DNA of 32,000 nt, taken from contig NC_017080.1 in assembly GCF_000284115.1 (NCBI RefSeq), positions 1,050,001 through 1,082,000 of the forward strand, read 5' to 3'. This document shows, piece by piece, positions 1 to 6,722 of the stretch. This DNA comes from Phycisphaera mikurensis NBRC 102666. GTDB lineage: Bacteria; Planctomycetota; Phycisphaerae; Phycisphaerales; Phycisphaeraceae. Below the pieces are notes generated by a model that worked only from the letters and a program-made list of their open reading frames with translations, had not been told where the DNA came from and did not search any database. A program made the translations under genes and the position numbers. Position 1 is the first letter of the stretch. Every line of letters starts with the position of its first letter.

Positions 1-947
1 TGGTGCTCGTGCAGCCACGGGCCCAGGAAGGCGAGCACGGTGCGGGTGCCCCCGGCCAGGTCGTAGCGCACGAGCGGGACGCCGTACGCGCGGCCGGTCC
101 AGGTGGAGTCGACGACGTCGTGGAGCCAGCGGCCGGTCGGGTCCAGCGGCAGGTCGGTGATCCAGGCCCCGTCGTTCCAGGCGGGGCCGACCTCGCGGAG
201 CCGAAGCGGCTCGAACCCGAGCGCGTAGAGCGTCCCGCGGCGGGTGACCAGGATCAGCTCGCCGTCGGCGCTGAGCCCCCGCGTCGCGGCGCGGACCGGG
301 CCATCGAGGGTGAGCCCGGTGTCTCGGAGCCGGTCCGCGGGCGTTGCGTCCGCGGCGGTGTTCACCTCCAACAGCCGCGACGGGCTCGGCGGCGTGCTGG
401 TGAAGAAGCGTCCGCTTCGAGGCTCGAGCACGAGGCTCCGCCGCTCGGGCCGCAGCGGGCCGGGGGGCAGCCCCGCGCGCAGCGCGCGGCGGGCGTCGCT
501 GTCGTACACGAGGAGGCTGCCGAAGCTGTGCTGGTCGTCGTCGCCGTCCCAGGCGGCGCCAGAGGGCACCCCGTCGGCGGGGAGCGCCGGGTTCTCGTAG
601 AGCCCGCACTCCCCGATGGCCACGAGCACGCCGCGCTCCGCGTCCCACCGCTGCATCGGCCAGCTGTCGCCGGCGAAGGGGATCCCGAGGTGCTCGCTCT
701 TGCCGGTGAGCACGTTGTTGCGGAAGAGCCGCCCGCCCCGGTCCCGCTTCGCCGGGTGGTCGCCGTAGAACGACAGGAGGAAGGTTTCGCCGCCGGCGGC
801 GACGTCGATGCCAGTGTGCTGCTTCCCGCCGCCGTCGCCGGCCAGCGCCGGTGCGGCACCGTGAGCGAGCAGGAGCGGGAGACTGGACAGGGAACCAGGC
901 AAGGAAAGAGCGAACCGAGGGAGAAGAGCGACTTGACGGTTCCGCAT
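1..947 (-). CDS. Secreted hypothetical repeat (beta-propeller-like) protein, 3' end cut by the window edge; shorter paralog of the 28590..30035 product
   Basis: Absent from the ORF track because no stop codon lies inside the window. Manual reverse translation from the ATG at 947..945 stays open to position 3. It reads MRNRQVALLPRFALSLPGSLSSLPLLLAHGAAPALAGDGGGKQHTGIDV..SFYGDHPAKRDRGGRLFRNNVLTGKSEHLGIPFAGDSWPMQRWD..RRSLVLEPRSGRFFTSTPPSPS..VPLVRYDLAGGTRTVLAFLGPWLHEH. It is collinear with the 28590..30035 product (SFYGDYPRKRDW..GRLFKHNLFTGDSESLGVPLATDSWPMQRWD..RRSLVLDPGSGRFFSSTPPSPS..VPLVRYDLQDHTRTVLAFLAPHLFEH). It has a hydrophobic signal-like N-terminus and high GC3. Confidence 0.8.
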   Translation of the reverse strand, partial: MRNRQVALLPRFALSLPGSLSSLPLLLAHGAAPALAGDGGGKQHTGIDVAAGGETFLLSFYGDHPAKRDRGGRLFRNNVLTGKSEHLGIPFAGDSWPMQRWDAERGVLVAIGECGLYENPALPADGVPSGAAWDGDDDQHSFGSLLVYDSDARRALRAGLPPGPLRPERRSLVLEPRSGRFFTSTPPSPSRLLEVNTAADATPADRLRDTGLTLDGPVRAATRGLSADGELILVTRRGTLYALGFEPLRLREVGPAWNDGAWITDLPLDPTGRWLHDVVDSTWTGRAYGVPLVRYDLAGGTRTVLAFLGPWLHEH

Positions 948-970
948 GACTGTACCTAAAGTTTCACCCT

Positions 971-1774
971 ATGGAAGTCGACGCGCTGGCCCATCTGACT
1001 CGGAGTGACGCCGAGGGCCCGCTCGCTCGCCGGATCGCGCTGGTGACCGGCGGCGGGTCGGGCATCGGCCTGGCGGTGGCGCGGCGGCTGCACGCGGCGG
1101 GTGCGGCCGTGCTGGTGGCCGATCGCGACGCGGAGGCGGGCGCGGCGGCCGCCGCGTCTCTTGGGAGCCGTGCGGCCTCCAGGAGCCTCGACGTCTCGGA
1201 TCCGGAGGCGGTCTTCGCGCTCGCCGCGGAGCTCGACGCGGCGGGCGTCGCCGTCGGCGTGCTCGTGAACAACGCGGGGATCGGCCGCGTCGGCACGCTC
1301 GACGAGGCGACCGCGGACGACCTCGACGCGATGCACGCGGTGAACGTCCGCGGCGTCTTCAACGGGTGCAAGGCCTTCGTCCCGGCGATGCGGGAGCGGG
1401 GCGGCGGGGCGGTGGTCAACCTCGCGTCGGTCGGCGGAGTCGTGGGCATCCGCGACCGGCTGGCGTACTGCGCCAGCAAGTTCGCCGTGGTGGGGATGAC
1501 CAAGGCGATGGCGCTCGACGAGGCCGACTCGGGCGTCCGCGTCAACTGCGTCTGCCCCGGCCGCGTCGCGACGCCCTTCGTCGAGCGTCGCCTCGCCGAG
1601 TACGACGACCCCGAAGCGGCCCGGGCGGAGATGTCCGCGACGCAGGCGGTGCTGCGGATGGGCCAACCCGAGGAGATCGCCGAGGCGGTGCTCTGGCTCG
1701 CCTCCGACGCCTCGTCCTTTGTCACCGGCTCGGCGCTGATGATCGACGGGGGTTGGAGCGCCGGCCGCTCCTGA
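971..1774 (+). CDS. Short-chain dehydrogenase/reductase (classical SDR)
   Basis: 267 aa ORF with the TGGGSGIG cofactor motif, NNAG, the S..YCASK catalytic Tyr/Lys motif and a C-terminal SFVTGSALMIDGG typical of SDRs. Confidence 0.93.
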   Translation: MEVDALAHLTRSDAEGPLARRIALVTGGGSGIGLAVARRLHAAGAAVLVADRDAEAGAAAAASLGSRAASRSLDVSDPEAVFALAAELDAAGVAVGVLVNNAGIGRVGTLDEATADDLDAMHAVNVRGVFNGCKAFVPAMRERGGGAVVNLASVGGVVGIRDRLAYCASKFAVVGMTKAMALDEADSGVRVNCVCPGRVATPFVERRLAEYDDPEAARAEMSATQAVLRMGQPEEIAEAVLWLASDASSFVTGSALMIDGGWSAGRS

Positions 1775-1776
1775 AT

Positions 1777-1822
1777 CCGCGGACCGCGGGCCCGGACGCC
1801 GCAAACGCTCGACGGTCCGCGG
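1777..1822. repeat. 46-nt inverted-repeat element, copy 1 (CCGCGGACCG-N26-CGGTCCGCGG), 2 nt after the SDR stop codon
   Basis: Perfect 10-bp arms at 1777..1786 and 1813..1822 with a 26-nt spacer cgggcccggacgccgcaaacgctcga. The same arms and spacer length recur at 3983..4028 and 26211..26256. Confidence 0.55.
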
Positions 1823-1855
1823 CGTCGGCCCCGGGCCGCTGCTACCTTCCGGATC

Positions 1856-2590
1856 ATGGAATCCACGGTCCTCGTCAAAGCCTTCGGCATCCTGGAGACG
1901 CTCGCCCACGAGCAGAAGGCGATGTCGCTGGCGGAGCTGACCGAGGTGCTCTCGCTCAACAAGCCGACGATCCACCGGATCCTGCAGGACCTCATCGGCC
2001 TGGGCTACGTGGAGCGGGTGGGCGGTGGGGTGTACGTGCTCACGCACAAGCTGCGTCGGCTCTCGCAGGACGAGGGCACGGCGCGGCTGATCGAGGTGGG
2101 CGAGCCGCTGCTGGCGGGGCTGCACGAGGCGACCGAGGAGACGACCAACCTGGGGGTTTTGCGTCAGGACAAGGTGGCGTACCTGATGGTGCTGGAGAGC
2201 CCCCAGCCGCTGCGTCGGGTGGAGGGCCCCGGCTCGCTGGACCCGTTCCACTCCACGGCGTTGGGGCGTGCGATCGTGAGCCACCTGCCCGAGGAGCGTT
2301 GGCCGCGGCTGATGAAGGGGGTGCGTCTGCGGAAGCAGACGGCCAACACGATCACGGACAAGGACGCTCTGGTGGAGACGCTGCGGACGGCGAAGGCGCA
2401 GGGCTACGCCGACGAGTGGGAGGAGAACGACGTGGGGGTGATGTGCGTGGCGGTGCCGGTGCTGGTGGACGGCGAGCCGCTGGCGGCGGTGAGCCTGACG
2501 GTGCCGCTGCCGCGGATCGACCGCGCCCGCGAGCGGGAGCTGGTGACGCGGCTCCGCGAGACGGCGGCGGCGTTCGGCGGAGCGCTCTGA
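1856..2590 (+). CDS. IclR-family transcriptional regulator
   Basis: 244 aa. N-terminal winged HTH (VKAFGILETLA..MSLAELTEVLSLNKPTIHRILQDLIGLGYVE). C-terminal IclR effector domain pattern (TTNLGVL..VAYL..PFHSTALGRAI..TITD...L...L...GYA.D.EE...GV.CVAVPV). Confidence 0.93.
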   Translation: MESTVLVKAFGILETLAHEQKAMSLAELTEVLSLNKPTIHRILQDLIGLGYVERVGGGVYVLTHKLRRLSQDEGTARLIEVGEPLLAGLHEATEETTNLGVLRQDKVAYLMVLESPQPLRRVEGPGSLDPFHSTALGRAIVSHLPEERWPRLMKGVRLRKQTANTITDKDALVETLRTAKAQGYADEWEENDVGVMCVAVPVLVDGEPLAAVSLTVPLPRIDRARERELVTRLRETAAAFGGAL

Positions 2591-2665
2591 GGCCCGCTTC
2601 GCGGCGGCTCTTCCCGGACCCGGAGCCCGCCCGCGGGAGCTCGACGCCGCAGCGGCACATGCCAC

Positions 2666-2680
2666 GGAATGAGAAATTCC
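2666..2680. promoter_or_regulatory. Candidate operator, 15-bp palindrome GGAAT-gagaa-ATTCC in an AT-rich patch 64 nt upstream of the 2744 start
   Basis: Perfect 5-N5-5 inverted repeat inside the locally AT-rich stretch ggaatgagaaattccatcatctgatatcg, between the iclR gene and the next gene. The shape resembles the 15-bp palindromic boxes of IclR-type regulators. Related sites lie at 5513..5527 and 23946..23960. Confidence 0.35.
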
Positions 2681-2743
2681 ATCATCTGATATCGTCCCCG
2701 CGCCTCCCGCCCCGGATCTCCCGCTCTCCCCCCCGAATCGTCT

Positions 2744-3880
2744 ATGCATCACGTCCTCCTCCTCGGTGCCGGAAAGATCGGCTCGGCCATCGCCCGCCTG
2801 CTCGGCGAGACCGGCGACTATGACGTGCTGGTGGCCGACGCGGACGCGGCGTCGCTGGAGCGGCTGGAGGGCTTCGCGAACGTGGCGACGCGGACGCTGG
2901 ACTGCGGCGACGCCGATGCCCTGGCCGCGGCGATGGAGGGCCGGCACTCGGTCATCTCGGCGCTGTCCTTCCGCTTCAACCCGGCGATCGCCCGCTGCGC
3001 GAGAGAGAACGGCCTGAGCTACTTCGACCTCACCGAGGACGTCGAGACCACCCGCGCCGTGCGGGAGCAAGCCGAGGGCGCCGCCGGGGGCACGGTCTTC
3101 CTGCCGCAGTGCGGCCTGGCCCCGGGCTTCGTGAGCATCGCGGCGCACGAGCTGACGAAGTCGTTCGACGCGCTCGACACCGTCCGCCTCCGCGTCGGGG
3201 CGCTGCCGATCTTTCCCAGCAACCAGCTGCGGTACAACCTCACCTGGAGCACCGACGGGCTGATCAACGAGTACGGCAACCCTTGCGAGGCGGTGGCCGG
3301 CGGCAAGCGGATCGACGTCCTCCCGCTGGAAGGCCTCGAGCACTTCTCGCTGGACGGGGTGATGTACGAGGCATTCAACACCAGCGGCGGCGTGGGCACG
3401 CTGGGCGAGACACTCGCGGGCCAAGTCCGCGACCTGGACTACAAGACGATCCGCTACCGCGGCCACCGCGACCTGATCGCGTTCCTCATGAACGACCTGC
3501 GGCTCAACGAGCGCCGCGAGATCTTGAAGGACATCCTCGAGCACGCGGTGCCGATGACCCCGCAGGACGTCGTGCTGATCTTCTGCACCGCGACCGGGCA
3601 GCGCGACGGCCACCTGGTGCAGGTCACCGATGCGCGGAAGGTCTACCACGGACCCTTCCGCGGGCTGGACCTCTCGGCGATCCAGCTGACCACGGCGGCG
3701 TCGATCTGCGCGGTGCTGGACCTGCACGCCACCGGCAAGCTGCCCGCGGGCGGCGGCTTCGTCCGCCAGGAGCAGGTCCCGCTCGCGGACTTCCTCGCCA
3801 ACCGCTTCGGCTGCTGCTACGCGACCGGCCGCGAGAACGTCGAGGAGATCGCCGAGCCCTACGTCCCGCAGGCAAGCTGA
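2744..3880 (+). CDS. Saccharopine dehydrogenase-family NAD(P) oxidoreductase; possibly L-lysine 6-dehydrogenase
   Basis: 378 aa. N-terminal Rossmann motif VLLLGAGKIGSAIA. Central QCGLAPGF and W.TDGLINEY..P motifs typical of the saccharopine dehydrogenase family. It lies directly upstream of an ALDH7-type dehydrogenase. The specific substrate is inferred from that pairing only. Confidence 0.85.
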   Translation: MHHVLLLGAGKIGSAIARLLGETGDYDVLVADADAASLERLEGFANVATRTLDCGDADALAAAMEGRHSVISALSFRFNPAIARCARENGLSYFDLTEDVETTRAVREQAEGAAGGTVFLPQCGLAPGFVSIAAHELTKSFDALDTVRLRVGALPIFPSNQLRYNLTWSTDGLINEYGNPCEAVAGGKRIDVLPLEGLEHFSLDGVMYEAFNTSGGVGTLGETLAGQVRDLDYKTIRYRGHRDLIAFLMNDLRLNERREILKDILEHAVPMTPQDVVLIFCTATGQRDGHLVQVTDARKVYHGPFRGLDLSAIQLTTAASICAVLDLHATGKLPAGGGFVRQEQVPLADFLANRFGCCYATGRENVEEIAEPYVPQAS

Positions 3881-3921
3881 AGCCTCGCCCCCGACGCCGC
3901 TCCCTCACCGCCACCTGGATC

Positions 3922-5463
3922 ATGGACGCAGACACCACCCTCCGCCGCCTCGGCCTCGCCGATCCGCACGCCGTCGCCCTCGCCGCGGACCGCCGGTCCG
4001 GCAGCGGTCAAACGCTCGCGGTCCGCGGCTGCATCGACGGCGCGACGCTCGCGGCGTTCCCGCAGGCGGTCGCCGCCGACGTGGACGAGGCGGTGCGGGT
4101 GGCGCAGGAGGCGTTCGAGACGCTCCGCTGCGTGCCCGCACCCCGCCGCGGCGAGCTGGTCCGCCGGCTGGGCAACAAGCTCCGCGAACGCAAGAGCGAC
4201 TTGGGCGCCGTCGTCACGCTCGAGGCCGGCAAGAGCGTGCAGGAAGCCGAGGGCGAGGTGCAGGAGATGATCGACGTGTGCGACTTCGCCGTTGGGCTCT
4301 CGCGGCAGCTCTACGGCCTGACCATCGCCACCGAGCGGCCGCACCACCGGATGATGGAGCAGTGGCACCCGCTCGGGCCGGTGGCGGTCATCACGGCCTT
4401 CAACTTCCCCGTGGCGGTGTGGGCGTGGAACGCGGCGCTGGCCCTGGTCTGCGGCGATCCCGTCGTCTGGAAGCCCAGCGAGAAGACGCCGCTGACGGCG
4501 CTGGCCTGCCACGGGATCCTCCAGGAGGTCATCGGCGAGAGCGGCGACCTGGGCGTGCCCGCCGGCGTCTCCGGCGTGCTCGTCGGCGGCCGGGAGGTGG
4601 GCGAGGCGATGGCGGATCACCACGGCTTCCCCCTGGTGAGCGCCACCGGCAGCGTCCGCATGGGCCGGGCCGTGGGCGCGGCGGTCGGCGCCCGCCTCGG
4701 ACGCTCGCTGCTGGAGCTCGGCGGCAACAACGCGATGATCGTGGCGCCCTCGGCCGACCCGGACCTCGCGCTGCGGGCGATCACCTTCTCGGCCTTCGGC
4801 ACGGCGGGCCAGCGCTGCACGACGATGCGCCGCCTGATCGTGCACGAGGAGGCGGCCGACGGGCTGCTGCCGAGGCTCAAGAAGGTTGCCTCGACGCTGC
4901 AGATCGGCGACCCGCGGGACGCGGGCGTGCTGCTGGGTCCGCTGATCGACGAGGCCGCACACCAAGCGATGCAGAGAGCCCTCGAGTGCGCCCGCGACGC
5001 CGGCGCCACCGTCACCGGCGGCGAGCGGGTGACCGAGGGCGTGCCCGGCGGCGTGTACGTGCGTCCCGCGATCGTGGAGGGGCTGGAAGCGGGCTCGCCG
5101 CTCATCGCCGAGGAGACCTTCGCCCCGATCCTGTACGTGCTGCCGTACCGAGAGCTCGACGAGGCGATCCGGATCCACAACGACGTCCCGCAGGGCCTGG
5201 CCTCGGCGATCTTCACCGCCGACGTGCGCGAAGCCGAACGCTTCCTCTCGGCTTCGGGCAGCGACTGCGGGATCGCCAACGTCAACATCGGCACCAGCGG
5301 CGCGGAGATCGGCGGGGCCTTCGGCGGCGAGAAGGACACCGGCGGCGGCCGCGAGTCCGGCTCGGACGCCTGGAAGAACTACATGCGGCGGGCGACCAAC
5401 ACGATCAACTTCGGCCACGACCTGCCGCTGGCGCAGGGCGTCAACTTCGAGGCGGCGCTGTAG
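3922..5463 (+). CDS. ALDH7-type aldehyde dehydrogenase (piperideine-6-carboxylate / alpha-aminoadipate semialdehyde dehydrogenase-like)
   Basis: Start chosen at ATG 3922 (MDADTTLRRLGL...), in frame within ORF 3109..5463. The upstream part of that ORF overlaps the previous gene in another frame. Motifs: EGEVQEMIDVCDFAVGLSRQLYG (an ALDH7 hallmark), FNFPVAVWAWN, WKPSEKTP, ELGGNNA, GTAGQRCTT (catalytic Cys), EETFAPIL. Confidence 0.9.
   Translation: MDADTTLRRLGLADPHAVALAADRRSGSGQTLAVRGCIDGATLAAFPQAVAADVDEAVRVAQEAFETLRCVPAPRRGELVRRLGNKLRERKSDLGAVVTLEAGKSVQEAEGEVQEMIDVCDFAVGLSRQLYGLTIATERPHHRMMEQWHPLGPVAVITAFNFPVAVWAWNAALALVCGDPVVWKPSEKTPLTALACHGILQEVIGESGDLGVPAGVSGVLVGGREVGEAMADHHGFPLVSATGSVRMGRAVGAAVGARLGRSLLELGGNNAMIVAPSADPDLALRAITFSAFGTAGQRCTTMRRLIVHEEAADGLLPRLKKVASTLQIGDPRDAGVLLGPLIDEAAHQAMQRALECARDAGATVTGGERVTEGVPGGVYVRPAIVEGLEAGSPLIAEETFAPILYVLPYRELDEAIRIHNDVPQGLASAIFTADVREAERFLSASGSDCGIANVNIGTSGAEIGGAFGGEKDTGGGRESGSDAWKNYMRRATNTINFGHDLPLAQGVNFEAAL
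3983..4028. repeat. 46-nt inverted-repeat element, copy 2, inside the ALDH coding region (codons ~21-36)
   Basis: Arms CCGCGGACCG (3983..3992) and CGGTCCGCGG (4019..4028), 26-nt spacer ccggtccggcagcggtcaaacgctcg. The spacer shares aaacgctcg next to the second arm with copy 1. Confidence 0.5.
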
Positions 5464-5512
5464 CGCGCGGCCGCGCCGCCCCTCGCGCAGGGTGGCACAG
5501 GATTCGCCATTC

Positions 5513-5527
5513 GGAACAAGACGTTCC
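5513..5527. promoter_or_regulatory. Candidate operator, 15-bp palindrome GGAAC-aagac-GTTCC about 69 nt upstream of the 5596 start
   Basis: Perfect 5-N5-5 inverted repeat in an AT-richer stretch (cattcggaacaagacgttccgttgtatgatg). Same architecture as 2666..2680. Confidence 0.3.
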
Positions 5528-5595
5528 GTTGTATGATGAAGCCGGATCCCCGCTCCTGCCCCGGAGGATCCTCTCACGCGATCCGCTTCAGGAGA

Positions 5596-6480
5596 ATGGC
5601 GATGCATCTCACCGGACTCAAGACCGGGTCGCGCGTCGTGGTGACCGGCGCGATGGGGTGGGTGGGCTCCCGGACCCTCGGCCGGCTCGCAACCGAGCAC
5701 GAGGTGAAGGGGCTGGACCTGGAGCCCGGCGCAGCGGGCGGCTGCGTGGTCGATGAGATCGACCTGATCGAGTACGAGGCGGTCCGGGAGGCGCTGGAGG
5801 GGGCGGAGGGCGTCGTGCACCTGGCGATCGCCTCGCGGCGGGCGCTCACGCACCTCGACGAGCACGACTACGCCGCGGTGGAGATCCAGTCCAACGTGCT
5901 CGGCACGCGGAACGTCTTCGAAGCCGCCGCGGAAGCCGGGGTGAAGCGGATGGTTTACTTCAGCTCGCTGACGATCCAGCTCGGCGAGCCCCAGCGTCGC
6001 TGGATCGGGCCGGGAGCGCCGCTGCGGCCGAGCAACCCGTACGCGGTGACCAAGCTGTACGGCGAGCAGCTGGCGTGGCTGTACGCCAACCAGGGCCGGC
6101 TCTCCACCGTCGCGTGGCGGCTCGGGCAGCCTTACCCGGTGGAGCACTTCTCGCTGGAGCACATGCGCGACCCCGAGGAGCGGGCCTGCGGCATCACCGC
6201 GGGCGACATCGCGCGGGGCATGCTCGCCGGCCTCTCCGCCGACCTCTCGGTGTTCGAGGCGCCCGAGCGGGAGGCCGGACCCGCGGAGGAGCTGCCCTGC
6301 GGCGGGCGGCCGGGCTTCACGCCGGGCTTCGCGGTGGCGAACCTGGTGTCCGCCTCGGACACCGGCGACGGGCACGGCTATGACCTGTCGGTGGCGCGGC
6401 GTCTGGGCTACGAGCCCGCCGAGTGCTTCACGGCGGAGGGCCCGGTCCCGGTGCAGAGCCTGCGGAAGGCGATTCGCTGA
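5596..6480 (+). CDS. NAD-dependent epimerase/dehydratase-family protein (extended SDR)
   Basis: VVVTGAMGWVGS glycine-rich motif and YAVTK catalytic Tyr/Lys. I prefer the start at ATG 5596 (MAMHLTG, preceded by aggaga) or 5602 over the ORF-track start 5533. The start is uncertain. Confidence 0.85.
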   Translation: MAMHLTGLKTGSRVVVTGAMGWVGSRTLGRLATEHEVKGLDLEPGAAGGCVVDEIDLIEYEAVREALEGAEGVVHLAIASRRALTHLDEHDYAAVEIQSNVLGTRNVFEAAAEAGVKRMVYFSSLTIQLGEPQRRWIGPGAPLRPSNPYAVTKLYGEQLAWLYANQGRLSTVAWRLGQPYPVEHFSLEHMRDPEERACGITAGDIARGMLAGLSADLSVFEAPEREAGPAEELPCGGRPGFTPGFAVANLVSASDTGDGHGYDLSVARRLGYEPAECFTAEGPVPVQSLRKAIR

Positions 6481-6676
6481 TGCGTCGTGGGGTCGTCCGC
6501 ATCCTTGGCCGGAGAAGCGGGGGTTTCCTTGTTCCAGGGTGGACCTGCCGATCGGTCGCGTGCGGCCCCCGGGCCGCGGCCGCGCGGATCCGGCCGGGGC
6601 CCGCGGTTGGCGGCGCTCCCGCGTCGGACCCTCTGCCGGCACGCGGCGGTCCCGCCGGCTCTGGCCTCGCTGCCGC

Positions 6677-6702
6677 CCCGCCCCGGCCGGGCGGGCCTTT
6701 CT
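6677..6702 (+). terminator. Possible terminator-like hairpin (CCCGCCC-cggcc-GGGCGGG followed by ccTTTCT)
   Basis: 7-bp GC stem (6677..6683 / 6689..6695), 5-nt loop and a short T-rich tail. It lies in the 242-bp gap between the epimerase-like gene and the lipoprotein gene. Confidence 0.25.
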
Positions 6703-6722
6703 GATCCCCGCTCCGCTCCGCC

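Noticed and set aside
3-959. 318 aa plus-strand ORF at the left edge
   Set aside because: Its composition is R/A/G/P-rich and low in complexity. It is antisense to a minus-strand frame that encodes a clear paralog of the 28590..30035 product. This is a typical shadow ORF of GC-rich DNA.
956-3727. 923 aa minus-strand ORF
   Set aside because: It is antisense to three genes with unmistakable family motifs (SDR, IclR, saccharopine-DH family). The translation is Arg/Ala/Gly/Pro/His-rich with no recognisable domain.
3109-3921. N-terminal 271 aa extension of the ALDH ORF (ORF track 3109..5463)
   Set aside because: The extension overlaps the saccharopine-DH-family gene in another frame and is R/P/G-rich. 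ALDH7 homology begins just after the ATG at 3922.
3859-6642. 927 aa minus-strand ORF, plus the other long alternative-frame ORFs in this stretch (e.g. 4278..5756 +)
   Set aside because: These are antisense or out-of-frame to the ALDH7-type and epimerase-like genes and show low-complexity R/G/A/P composition.
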